A stretch of DNA of 50,140 bases from a virus (Duplodnaviria; Heunggongvirae; Uroviricota; Caudoviricetes), in IMG/VR virus record IMGVR_UViG_2522572023_000006, one strand, 5' to 3'. Below the pieces are notes generated by a model that ran no database searches, was not told the origin of the DNA, and saw only the letters and a program-made list of their open reading frames with translations. This document shows positions 33,731 through 42,523 of the stretch, one piece after another. The position numbers were made by a program, and so were the translations under genes. The number at the start of each line of letters is the position of its first letter. The first letter of the stretch is position 1.

Positions 33731-34780
33731 TTACCCAAGCACGCCAGTTGCAAAGGCGTGATCAAGAAAACGAAAAATTAAATCAACCTGAGAACCATGC
33801 TTTTCTTCGAACGCCAGCGGATCCGCATGAAGCTCGTTGTGATGCTCCCGACACAGCGGTAGCGTGAAAATATCGTGAGATTTTGTCCCCATTCCGCCCT
33901 GACCATGACCAATCAGGTGATGGGGATCGTCGGCTGGCTTACCACAACACGCACACGGCTGTGTCTTTACCCAGCGTGTGTATTTCTCATTTACCCAGCG
34001 GCGACGTTTAGGTCGTTTCATGAAGGATTCCGGAGACTCCGGATCAACGGCAATGCTGACCACCGTCTTTTCCTGTGGTGGGTTCTGTTGCTGGTGGGTG
34101 TGAGACGGTAGCGCAATATTTTTTGTGCGCTGCTTCAGTATGCTGGTGGCGGTCTGTTCTCCCGGTATGATGTCGCTTTCACGGTATACGGAGCGGATTT
34201 TTTCCGCACGCAACCCCAGCGAACGACGTAATACCGCTTCCGGTAGCGCGTCCGCCACCTGATTGCGGACCGCCCACCAGGATAATTCAGCCAGAGATAA
34301 TTCACGCTCCTGTGCGCCATTCATTGCGTGACGGATGATGTCAATCATCCAGGCGGCCAGATTCTGTTGAGCAAGTTGATCCAGTGAATCAGATGTCTGC
34401 TCCCGCAGCTGGTTGTCGCAGTGCCAGCACAACACCATCGCGCCGGTACCGTAACGGTGAATGACGGTTTCGCTGTGATGATAATCACCGTGTAGCCACT
34501 GGCAGGATTTCACGTGACGTAATAACCAGTCAGACAGTGCACCAGCGCCACCCGCAGCACGGATCACCCGCTCATCGCTGAAAAATGGCAGTAGTGATTT
34601 ATCTTCCGCCAGCGGCTGGTGAACGGCAGGTACAACCCCGGACGGCAGAGCTCGCATGCTTTTTGGTTCCGGCTCCACCAGTATTCTGCCGTTATGGAAT
34701 GCTGACATTGATTCACGGCCTGGCTTAACGATAACCAGACCGAGTTCCGGTACCAGAACAGGTCGAAGTAATACCCGCAC
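33731..34780 (-). CDS. DUF968-type protein with C-terminal HNH-like nuclease motif (YdfU-like)
   Basis: 349-aa ORF; C-terminal CxxC ... HHLIGHGQGG ... CREHHNELH zinc-finger/HNH signature; true start may be an internal Met. Confidence 0.6.
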   Translation of the reverse strand: MRVLLRPVLVPELGLVIVKPGRESMSAFHNGRILVEPEPKSMRALPSGVVPAVHQPLAEDKSLLPFFSDERVIRAAGGAGALSDWLLRHVKSCQWLHGDYHHSETVIHRYGTGAMVLCWHCDNQLREQTSDSLDQLAQQNLAAWMIDIIRHAMNGAQERELSLAELSWWAVRNQVADALPEAVLRRSLGLRAEKIRSVYRESDIIPGEQTATSILKQRTKNIALPSHTHQQQNPPQEKTVVSIAVDPESPESFMKRPKRRRWVNEKYTRWVKTQPCACCGKPADDPHHLIGHGQGGMGTKSHDIFTLPLCREHHNELHADPLAFEEKHGSQVDLIFRFLDHAFATGVLG

Positions 34781-34781
34781 A

Positions 34782-35060
34782 TTACCTCCAGATCCGTTGC
34801 TGGAATGTGCGGGACGGACGCGGTGGCCGTTCGGAGTAAGGGGGCCTGACGGAGATTATCCAGTGACGGTAGTCGAGGCTAAGGGCTTTTTTAACCTCGA
34901 ATCCGCGCCTGCGGTAACACTGAATGAGCCATTCGGCCTGTTCTTCAGTGCATGGGGGATGCTGGTACCAGTCAGATTTGAATGCGTGAAAACACCGTCC
35001 GCGCCTGCTGGCAAAGACGGCAGAATCATCAGAATTGTGTAATTTGGTATCGTGCGCCAT
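34782..35060 (-). CDS. Hypothetical protein (Rem-like)
   Basis: About 92-aa product from MAHDTKLHNSDD (internal ATG); between the DUF968 gene and hok. Confidence 0.35.
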   Translation of the reverse strand: MAHDTKLHNSDDSAVFASRRGRCFHAFKSDWYQHPPCTEEQAEWLIQCYRRRGFEVKKALSLDYRHWIISVRPPYSERPPRPSRTFQQRIWR

Positions 35061-35227
35061 CGGCTGTCTCTGCTGGCGCAGCAGGTGCCAGTTGTTCAGG
35101 CTGGCGTGCGAATTGTAAACCAGAATGCCAGGAAAAAACAAAACCCGCCGAAACGGGTTAAGTGCGGGTGCGTTGAGGATGCCTGACACATCAGAGGTGG
35201 CGAGGGATTTCTCCCCCGCCTGGTCTC

Positions 35228-35383
35228 TTACTCCTCAGGTTCGTAAGCTGTGAAGACAGCGACCTCCGTCTGGCCGGTTCGGATTCGTACCTCGCAGAGG
35301 TCTTTCCTCGTTACCAGTGCCGTCACTATGACGGTTAAACAGATGACGATCAGGGCGATTAACATCGCCTTTTGCTGCTTCAT
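35228..35383 (-). CDS. hokD: Hok-family type I toxin (HokD/RelF-like)
   Basis: 51-aa product MKQQKAMLIALIVICLTVIVTALVTRKDLCEVRIRTGQTEVAVFTAYEPEE; single TM helix and conserved Hok C-terminus; an in-frame upstream extension exists in the ORF track. Confidence 0.8.
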   Translation of the reverse strand: MKQQKAMLIALIVICLTVIVTALVTRKDLCEVRIRTGQTEVAVFTAYEPEE

Positions 35384-35629
35384 AGCCTGCTTCTCCTTGC
35401 CTTTCGGCACGTAAGAGGCTAACCTACGTTTGTGAAGCATAGATTGGGCCTCAGATTAATGTTAAACGTCTTGCAGGACGCGTAATGTTAACTGGGGCTT
35501 TTCTCTATCTGCCTTTTGGTGTTCATGCCTGAGACAGATAGCCTCAAGCACCCGCAGCAATTCTACTTAACTCTCGCTTTACCGCAAACCGTTTTTACCC
35601 GATATGGGAATTCCCATATCGTAATGAAT

Positions 35630-35734
35630 TCAGTTCCCTAGTCGATCCATCAAAAACACAACCAGGCAGTAAACGCCCACAACAGCAATAACAGCCAGCG
35701 CACCTTCCATTGCCAGTGAAATATCATCCGACAT
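35630..35734 (-). CDS. Unannotated 34-aa hydrophobic peptide with strong RBS
   Basis: ATG preceded by AAGGAGGG at 4-nt spacing; product MSDDISLAMEGALAVIAVVGVYCLVVFLMDRLGN has one predicted TM helix; below the ORF-track length cutoff. Confidence 0.4.
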   Translation of the reverse strand: MSDDISLAMEGALAVIAVVGVYCLVVFLMDRLGN

Positions 35735-35849
35735 ATTCCCTCCTTTGGTGTGAATCCCGGCGAACGTTTTTACCCCCACCGACAAATAACATATACTAAA
35801 AAATCAATAGCTATAGCAACGCCTGTAATTGCAAAGGCTTCAGGCCAGA

Positions 35850-36563
35850 TCATTGGCGCACCTCCTGCGGCGGTTCTGGTAGCGGCATCCAGTCGGTTAC
35901 ATTGCGGCTCTGTGTTTCGAAAAATTCATCACCATTACGGACTACATCAAAAAACTCACCGTCTCGATATTGCGCATAAAGAACGAATGCGCCATCACAT
36001 AAAATAATTACGTGCTGACCATCATCCGGCATTCGCTCACTACAGCTTATCCAACCATCCGGAGTTACCGGATAGTTGGTTGACGTTTCCGAGATTTCCC
36101 GAAAATTATTGGTTGACGAACCCTTATTTTCCCGAAAGTTTCCAGCCTGAAGCATGGCGGCGCGGCAGGCGTTCCATATTTCGGCAGCAATATCGCGCTC
36201 GCTATCGGTTAATTTGTACGTTGAAACATAGCCAGAGAGCATTTCTACGTTTTCCGGAGTTGCTTCTTCAGGCACTACCGGTGCTGGCTCACGTATTACA
36301 GGCTCGCCCATGCGTGATTCTCCCTGCGCCTCTTTCACCATGTGGTCATTGATTTGCTCCAGTCGCCGAACGTGCTCATCAGCTTCAAGCGCTCGCCGTT
36401 TCCAGATGGACAGGTCTTCACGAGCGCCCTGATATGCGTCACCGTATTCGCCGTTAAATACTGGCGCTGGCGGGGCGATGCGTCCAAGCAACTTATTTAC
36501 CTCTTTCGCCATCGCGTCATATTTATCTAAATAGCGATTAGCTTCTAAGCAGACTCGGTGCAT
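35850..36563 (-). CDS. Ea22-like / DUF551-domain protein
   Basis: 237 aa; C-terminal DUF551-type signature (TDWMPLPEPP) with acidic coiled-coil N-terminal part. Confidence 0.5.
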   Translation of the reverse strand: MHRVCLEANRYLDKYDAMAKEVNKLLGRIAPPAPVFNGEYGDAYQGAREDLSIWKRRALEADEHVRRLEQINDHMVKEAQGESRMGEPVIREPAPVVPEEATPENVEMLSGYVSTYKLTDSERDIAAEIWNACRAAMLQAGNFRENKGSSTNNFREISETSTNYPVTPDGWISCSERMPDDGQHVIILCDGAFVLYAQYRDGEFFDVVRNGDEFFETQSRNVTDWMPLPEPPQEVRQ

Positions 36564-36763
36564 CTGATCTGAGTTAACTCGTTTAACTGGATCTGCTTCC
36601 AGCTATGCCAGTGCAATTTTGAATAACTCGCCCTATACCCGTGCCATCCCTGAATTGGGGTAGCATTTCGCAATCGCTATTTTTAATTTGGCTTCTTCGA
36701 TTAATTTCTCTTTGGTTAATTCAGTCACTTTTCATTACCGCCCTTTCGGGCGGCCTCCTGACA

Positions 36764-36976
36764 TTAATCGTTGTGATAACTCATAGCTTCATTTGCAGCA
36801 TCAACTGGATCAACATCCCACCAGCAATAATTTGGGTCGACACCTTCAGGTGTCCACGGCTCTAATTCATTTTTTGCCGCATTCTCGTCGCCAGTAATTT
36901 TAAAAATCTGCTCTGAGAACTTTTTCACCCACTCGTTATATTTTTCAGCGTTAATAACTTTCTGTGCGTTTGACAT
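36764..36976 (-). CDS. Hypothetical small acidic protein
   Basis: 70-aa ORF in the early-right operon; followed by a CCGCCC-tttc-GGGCGG hairpin at 36738-36753. Confidence 0.4.
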   Translation of the reverse strand: MSNAQKVINAEKYNEWVKKFSEQIFKITGDENAAKNELEPWTPEGVDPNYCWWDVDPVDAANEAMSYHND

Positions 36977-37024
36977 TGATATACCTCCGGTTAAGGATTA
37001 AATTTTTAACAGAGCTAAATTTAA

Positions 37025-37381
37025 TTATTCAGTTCTGGATTTTGTCACCCTGCGTATCCGCGCTTTCACGTTACGCTCAATCTGAATTAGCTTTTCTATA
37101 TTTCTCCGCCTTTCCCGTTCCTCCTGGCGCAAGATCCTTACATCATCTGCCAGTCTGGTTTCTCTTTTCGCCACAGAGAGCATCCAGTCAAATGGCTCCA
37201 CAACTGCACCGCAGATTTTACAGCGGACCTGACGCTCTTTTTCGTCAACCCGGACAGAGGCGTGATGGCAATATGGTCTTTCCGATGGCTCATAGAGAAA
37301 ATTAACCTGATTACGTGGGTCATCCTCTTTTACCGGAAATAAAACGATATTGCTTAACTCATCTTCTGGTTTTATTTCCAT
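37025..37381 (-). CDS. Hypothetical protein with putative zinc-ribbon and basic coiled-coil tail
   Basis: 118 aa; C-H-H ... C-x2-C cluster (CHHASVRVDEKERQVRCKICG); Arg/Glu-rich C-terminus. Confidence 0.4.
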   Translation of the reverse strand: MEIKPEDELSNIVLFPVKEDDPRNQVNFLYEPSERPYCHHASVRVDEKERQVRCKICGAVVEPFDWMLSVAKRETRLADDVRILRQEERERRRNIEKLIQIERNVKARIRRVTKSRTE

Positions 37382-38077
37382 GCTCCTCTCCTTTGATGCG
37401 AATGCCAGCGGCGCGGATTGCAGCGATGACTTCAGAAACTTTGTATGCCATTACCGTTTGGTAATCATCGTGAAAATCTGTTCGATGAAGCATGCTGCTA
37501 CGTTCTGGGAGCGATATTTCCCGTGCTTCCAGTTCTGCAATGCGATTCTCTGCGGATTCCAACGCCGCAACCAATTCGTCTACAGTTCCGGCAGCTTGCA
37601 GTGCGTAATCGGTAATAGCCATCTCATGATCAATTTCAGTACCGTTCTCATTCGTTGAGGTGATAGCAAAATAATCAGAGTCGATTTCGTTATCAGCTAA
37701 GTGGCGTAGCGTATCGGCAACAAGCCGGCCGTTTTCGATTAGCAGCTTCCCTTCCGTAAGCGCAATCTCCTCGTTCTCCTGGTCGCGTGATTTGATGTAT
37801 TGCTGGTTTCTTTCCCGTTCATCCAGTAGTGCCAGCGCAACATTTGGATTAAAGGCAGCAATAAATTCAGCGTTTGCGTAAGCCTGAGCATCTGTTTCAA
37901 CCAGGCAGTTAACGTGACATTCTGCAATTACGCCACCGGGTTCTCCTTTCCATTTTTGACAAAAAAAACTCCTGTTATATTCCCATGCTGATTGCCCGAT
38001 GTATGCCCTACGATGTAGCATCCTTTAGTTGCTTTCTCTGCTGCTTCACGAAGCGCCTCATAGTTAACCTCTCTCAT
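37359..38077 (-). pseudogene. Ea22-like gene split by a frameshift at a T8 homopolymer
   Basis: An ATG at 38077 overlapping the upstream stop (ATGA), with AGGAGG RBS, opens a 47-codon frame that ends shortly after a T8 run (plus-strand A8 at 37961-37968); the Ea22-like C-terminal ORF 37359-38021 continues in another frame across the same run. Confidence 0.5.
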
Positions 38078-38370
38078 TGAGCCACCTCCTGATAAATCAC
38101 CGCATGTCCCAGTTTCTCCGCCAGTGCCAGCTCTGCCTTAGCGCCCGCTGACCGCTGCCAGCCATTCAGCATGTAAATCGCATCCACGCAACGAATCATT
38201 GCCATGCAAATATCCATGTAGTGCGGCTGTGTCAGCCCGTCCGGAAGTACTGCCGGGTTTAAGACGGTATGCCCTTCCCGTTTCAGTTCCTCTTCCGCCT
38301 TGTGAAACGCCTCACGGTTGAAATTTTCATATCCCGTCATTGGACCGGCAATATAAACTCTCACCCTCAC
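38074..38370 (-). CDS. DUF4406-like protein (nucleoside 2-deoxyribosyltransferase-like fold)
   Basis: Conserved N-terminal YIAGPMTG motif; probable GTG start preceded by AGGAGG; exact start uncertain (38364 or 38370). Confidence 0.5.
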   Translation of the reverse strand: MRVRVYIAGPMTGYENFNREAFHKAEEELKREGHTVLNPAVLPDGLTQPHYMDICMAMIRCVDAIYMLNGWQRSAGAKAELALAEKLGHAVIYQEVAQ

Positions 38371-38759
38371 TCCATCACCTCCTGAAAGTTTCCCCGATAG
38401 AACGCCAGCACACGCTGCATAACTTCGCTCTGGCGGCACTCACGACAAATTATGTTCTGCCGTCTGTTGTAACGACGTATTTCTCCGTCAGGTAACTTTC
38501 GAATCAGTGTCGGGTCAGCAGCCTTCTCCGGTGTCTTACGCCATACGCGATACGCCTGCTCTGATGGAAATACCCCGCAACCAGAGAGCCAGACATCACC
38601 ACTGGCCGCAAGCGCACCAGATAAACGACGAATAGCGGTCTTACTGACACCCGTTTTATCTGCCAGTTGTCGAAAAGTTTCTCGTCCGCTCAGGCGCACG
38701 AATTCCACAATGCGCGCCGTCACTTCTTCCCGATCTTCTGGTGTAAATACTTTTGCCAT
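38367..38759 (-). CDS. Hypothetical HTH-containing protein
   Basis: 130-aa product from MAKVFTPEDRE with RBS GGAGG; helix-turn-helix-like segment (FRQLADKTGVSKTAIRRL) and CxxC near the C-terminus. Confidence 0.45.
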   Translation of the reverse strand: MAKVFTPEDREEVTARIVEFVRLSGRETFRQLADKTGVSKTAIRRLSGALAASGDVWLSGCGVFPSEQAYRVWRKTPEKAADPTLIRKLPDGEIRRYNRRQNIICRECRQSEVMQRVLAFYRGNFQEVME

Positions 38760-38774
38760 AAGCGCCTCCGGCAA

Positions 38775-39545
38775 TCACTTTTCCGATACAACACGGCGGG
38801 AAGAATCAGTAATCTGTCGAACAATATCCCGGTGCTTGTTCAGCTCCCGCAGCGCGGCGCAGACACGCTCCCACTTCTGAACCTGACCTTTTGCCCGGCG
38901 CAGCTCGCGGTTAGCCACATGCAGCGATGGTAAAATCAGACCATCCGGATGCTTTCTGGTGAACGACGGCTGTGACTGCACTGTGACCGCCACACTTTCC
39001 GTTTTTATTTCTTCCTGTGTTTCCGCTTCCCGGACTGGTAACGCAACACCTGTTGGCTGAGGAAAGGCTTTACTATCGGTTTCCGTTACCGATGCAGCTT
39101 CCGGCTCTGCCGGTAAATCAGCGCCCGGTATGCAGTAACGAAATTTACCGTTCTGATTAACGCGTGCCAGCCGCCCCGTTGCGGTTACCACCGCCAGCGT
39201 GGAGGCAACCTTGCGAGTACTGACGCCGAACTTACCCGCCAGTTCCTCACACGTTTTAGCACCATCCTGACCGATAAACTCAATCATCATGTCTGCGGTA
39301 ACTTTTTGTTCGACCTCCCCGGTCAGCATATCCTGTGCTTCAGATTTTACTGGCCGCTCTTCGGTTACCCGGGATTCACCTTCGCCAGCCAGAAACCAGG
39401 TGTGACCCGTTTTATCAACAACGCCATTTTTTTTGAGTTCCCACAGTTCGTTGAGAACTTCTTCACGGCTGATATCAAGCCGCGCCGCCAGTTCAACAGA
39501 ATTGGCTTTACCCATCGCTTTCAGTGCATGCAATACGGTTTCCAT
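38775..39545 (-). CDS. Hypothetical protein with two tandem winged-helix-like domains
   Basis: 256 aa; two repeats of a DNA-binding-like module (SVELAARLDISREEVLNELWELKKNGVV and TCEELAGKFGVSTRKVASTLAVVTATGRLARV); RBS GGAGGA. Confidence 0.45.
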   Translation of the reverse strand: METVLHALKAMGKANSVELAARLDISREEVLNELWELKKNGVVDKTGHTWFLAGEGESRVTEERPVKSEAQDMLTGEVEQKVTADMMIEFIGQDGAKTCEELAGKFGVSTRKVASTLAVVTATGRLARVNQNGKFRYCIPGADLPAEPEAASVTETDSKAFPQPTGVALPVREAETQEEIKTESVAVTVQSQPSFTRKHPDGLILPSLHVANRELRRAKGQVQKWERVCAALRELNKHRDIVRQITDSSRRVVSEK

Positions 39546-39574
39546 TAAAACTTCCTCCGGATAAAAATTACTTC

Positions 39575-40315
39575 TCAGTTCCTGTGCTGGCTGACGTTCG
39601 GACGCCAGCTCTCCCAGTTAAACGTCACCCAGCGACCACCGTTCATGGACATGCGGTCCATCACCCGCTCGCCGAGAAGTGTATTCATCGCTGCATGGTT
39701 AAGATTTGTCAGCATCCCCACACTGAGTAACGATGCCGTTCTGCGGTCAACAATCTGATTCAGCGTGACCTGCTCATTACGCGTATCCCGTTGCATGCCA
39801 ATTTCATCCAGTACCAGCAGGTCAACGCCACACAATCCCTGCAAAAATTTTTCGCCCGAGTTTTTGTTGTCGTAGCTGCCATGTAACGCCAGCATCACAT
39901 CCGCCACTGTTATCACAATCACACTGCGACCTTTCGCCAGAAGGTGGTTGCCAATAGCCGCCGCCAGGTGGTTTTTTCCTGTGCCAGGCCTGCCACTGAA
40001 AACAAAATTCGTACAGCCGCCTTCCAGCTCTGCCGCAATGGATTTCGCCTGACTCAGGGCATGGCGCTGACCATCGTTCTGCACCCGGTAGTTACCGAAC
40101 GTACACTTCCGGTGAAGCGGCTGGATACCGGAGCGGTTAATGATTTTTTCAACCCGCGTCTGATGATTCAGACGATTAACCTCCTCGCTTCGCTTACGCC
40201 CTTCAGCAAGCTGCCATTCCCGCCACTCCGCCACCGTACGGTACGGAGGGATTGCATCCTGCGGCACAAATCTGCTGACTCTTGCCAGAACACCACCTGA
40301 CGTAATGTTTTTCAT
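39575..40315 (-). CDS. Replicative helicase loader (DnaC/IstB-like AAA+ ATPase; phage P-equivalent)
   Basis: 246 aa; Walker A GRPGTGKNHLA and Walker B LLVLDEIG; immediately downstream of the O-like initiator. Confidence 0.8.
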   Translation of the reverse strand: MKNITSGGVLARVSRFVPQDAIPPYRTVAEWREWQLAEGRKRSEEVNRLNHQTRVEKIINRSGIQPLHRKCTFGNYRVQNDGQRHALSQAKSIAAELEGGCTNFVFSGRPGTGKNHLAAAIGNHLLAKGRSVIVITVADVMLALHGSYDNKNSGEKFLQGLCGVDLLVLDEIGMQRDTRNEQVTLNQIVDRRTASLLSVGMLTNLNHAAMNTLLGERVMDRMSMNGGRWVTFNWESWRPNVSQHRN

Positions 40316-40321
40316 GGTGCG

Positions 40322-41290
40322 CTACCCCCTGAAACCCGGCGGAATTTCGGTATCCGGTTCAGAAATATGATTCACGCAACGCTGCGCGGGCGAACGCCCC
40401 AGGCGGATAACCAGTTCATCCCATTTTTCCCGGAGTTTTGCCGGACTCATGATGTTTTTTACCCAGAACGAATCCCGTTGAACACGCCCAAACATTTCAC
40501 AAATCTGTCGGTGACTACGTCCATCCAGCATACGCATCATGCGCACATCATTCGCCCAGGTCGTCCAGTTAGGCTCTCTGGGGCGTGATACCTCCCCATC
40601 ATCACTGGCGGCCTGTTCATACAACGCAACAACCCGTCCCCAGATCCACTGTGCACACGTCAAATCCTCCCGGGTTCCCCACTGTCGCTTTGGTACATTC
40701 CAGGTATGCGCATCCGGGTGTTTCTCCAGAAATCGCTCGACCGGTGATGCTTGTTTTTCGTCCGGCAGTGAAACGTCCGGACAAGAAGATCTTTTATCTG
40801 ACGGATCAGGTTTTAATACTGACGGATCGGGGTCAATCATCGCCCCCCTAATCGGCAGTTTTTTATCAACAGTTGATCCATCAAAATTTGACGGGTCAAC
40901 CGTTGAGGGGTCAATATTTGACGGGTCAACTGTTAACGGGTCATTTTTTGCCGGGCTAATTTTTCTTTTCGGTTTATATGACTCACGCGCCGCCGCCGCA
41001 GCTGCTTCGAGTTTTTCCACATTAAGCCGATAGATATTGCTTACATTACGCCCACCGACCTTACGCTCTTCCTTCGTCAGCCAGCCCTCTTTCGCCAGTT
41101 CTGCAATAGCCGATTTCACTGTGGATTCACTTCTTGCACCGATCTGACGCCGGATAGTTTCAATGGCAGGCCATGACACGCCCTCGTCATTGCTGTAGTC
41201 TGCAAGACGGGCCATAACCGCCACCCTGGATAAGATCATGCCGGTGAAGGCGCACCCTTCCCAGACAAGACCATGAAGCTTGCTGCTCAT
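40322..41290 (-). CDS. Replication initiator (lambda O-like) with origin iterons inside the gene
   Basis: N-terminal HTH-like region; central repeated peptide (DPLTVDPSNIDPSTVDPSNFDGSTVD) encoded by DNA iterons; start assigned to internal ATG with G-rich RBS. Confidence 0.7.
   Translation of the reverse strand: MSSKLHGLVWEGCAFTGMILSRVAVMARLADYSNDEGVSWPAIETIRRQIGARSESTVKSAIAELAKEGWLTKEERKVGGRNVSNIYRLNVEKLEAAAAAARESYKPKRKISPAKNDPLTVDPSNIDPSTVDPSNFDGSTVDKKLPIRGAMIDPDPSVLKPDPSDKRSSCPDVSLPDEKQASPVERFLEKHPDAHTWNVPKRQWGTREDLTCAQWIWGRVVALYEQAASDDGEVSRPREPNWTTWANDVRMMRMLDGRSHRQICEMFGRVQRDSFWVKNIMSPAKLREKWDELVIRLGRSPAQRCVNHISEPDTEIPPGFRG
40820..40945. repeat. Origin iterons (about 15-bp-periodic GACGGGTCAA-type repeats)
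   Basis: TTTGACGGGTCAAC occurs exactly at 40887-40900 and 40917-40930, with degenerate copies on both sides, followed by a T-rich tract. Confidence 0.65.
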
Positions 41291-41312
41291 AAAACCCCCG
41301 AACACCGTGCTT

Positions 41313-41738
41313 TTAGTGCATCACCACAGCATTCCCTGCCGGGCCGCCGCGATTCATCTGGTCATACAAAACAACCGCTGACGCAACAAAATCATCGACA
41401 TCCTTCACCAGCCGATCCCTCCGTTCGACGATCTCACGGTAATATTCAGAACTGTGGCTGCGCATACGGGCCACCAGCAAAGGCGGCATCGCCTTTTCGA
41501 TCGCCGGTAACAGAGCCTGCATTTTTTCAACAGCATCAGGGGTGTCTTTCTCTACCCAGCGGAAAATTTTCTGGGTATTGCGAGCCAGGGCTTCCGGATG
41601 GCTGTCGTCATACAGTTCTGGGAACGTCATACCCAACTCAAAATAAGCCTGGGTTATTCCAGCTGCTGGAACTTTTTCGCCATCAGGACGCGCCCAGGCA
41701 TTCATCGCCATGCGGATGTGTTCATGCTTGATTTTCAT
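41313..41738 (-). CDS. YdaT-like protein (CII-position gene of Rac-type immunity region)
   Basis: 141-aa ORF directly downstream of the Cro-like gene; RBS AGGAG; assigned by recall of Rac YdaT. Confidence 0.5.
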   Translation of the reverse strand: MKIKHEHIRMAMNAWARPDGEKVPAAGITQAYFELGMTFPELYDDSHPEALARNTQKIFRWVEKDTPDAVEKMQALLPAIEKAMPPLLVARMRSHSSEYYREIVERRDRLVKDVDDFVASAVVLYDQMNRGGPAGNAVVMH

Positions 41739-42003
41739 GAATCAAGCTCCTAGAAAGTGGTTGTGTTAACGTTTTGGTATCTTCCAGCTCGGGCCAAATA
41801 TTCATCCAATCAAAAGGCCTTAGTTGCTGACGTGTAACTTCACCATTACTGGCTCGCTCAATAAGGACACATAACGATGCCCCTAACACTTGACCTTTAC
41901 TCAATGCCTTTCTTAGATAACCGATGCTGGTACCACACTCGCATGCAAACATACGCTGTTCATCTGACGAAAGAGAATTGAGAAATATTCTTAATTCTTC
42001 CAT
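41722..42003 (-). CDS. Cro-like transcriptional regulator (YdaS family)
   Basis: 93 aa; HTH-like segment (GTSIGYLRKALSKGQVLGASLCVLIERAS); divergent from the repressor; RBS AAGGAG. Confidence 0.6.
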   Translation of the reverse strand: MEELRIFLNSLSSDEQRMFACECGTSIGYLRKALSKGQVLGASLCVLIERASNGEVTRQQLRPFDWMNIWPELEDTKTLTQPLSRSLIHENQA

Positions 42004-42103
42004 AGCTACTCCTTAGTAAACACAGCAAAGAATACCCACAGGTAAACAAAAGTCAATACCCACAGGTTGTTTACCTTGCGGTAATCGCATCTATTATTTA
42101 CCT
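42004..42103. promoter_or_regulatory. Immunity-switch intergenic region with operator-like repeats and divergent promoters
   Basis: Direct 12-bp repeat ATACCCACAGGT at 42032-42043 and 42056-42067; inverted element CAGGTAAACAA / TTGTTTACCT; -35-like GTTTAC (42069-42074) and -10 TATTAT (42092-42097) ending 6 nt before the repressor ATG. Confidence 0.55.
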
Positions 42104-42523
42104 ATGGACAAATATGAATTTAGACGACAGCAACTCATCAAAATTCGTGATGAGAAATGCGATGGTAAAGCGGTTAACGTGGCCAGAAAGATCGGGCGCG
42201 AGCCTTCTTATGTATCAAGAATGTTGTACCCAGAGGGGAAAAAGGGAAAAAAACGGATCGCTGATGATATGGTGGAGATTATCGAAGAGTCCTTTGGGTT
42301 ACCCCGGGGATGGATGGATGGTATCGTTTCATCATCAACGAACACAGCCTCCAGTTATGAAACAAGGGTTCTAACGCCACGACAACGTATTTTTTTAGAT
42401 CTCTTAGACGAACTGCCAGAAAGTGAAGCGGATAAATTATTAAAAACTCTTGAAGAGAAAAAACAGTATTACAATATGATCTACGAAGAAATCCGTAAAA
42501 AGAAAGCACAAAACGCATCATAG
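42104..42523 (+). CDS. Prophage repressor-like HTH regulator (RacR/DicA-like position)
   Basis: 139 aa; N-terminal HTH-like region (GKAVNVARKIGREPSYVSRML); divergent from the Cro-like gene; no SD upstream of the ATG. Confidence 0.55.
   Translation: MDKYEFRRQQLIKIRDEKCDGKAVNVARKIGREPSYVSRMLYPEGKKGKKRIADDMVEIIEESFGLPRGWMDGIVSSSTNTASSYETRVLTPRQRIFLDLLDELPESEADKLLKTLEEKKQYYNMIYEEIRKKKAQNAS

Noticed and set aside
35384-35440. In-frame N-terminal extension of the hok ORF (MLHKRRLASYVPKGKEKQA...) as the real start
   Set aside because: Hok-family toxins are about 50 aa and begin at the MKQQKAM motif; the extension is more likely leader sequence or an overlapping regulatory frame.
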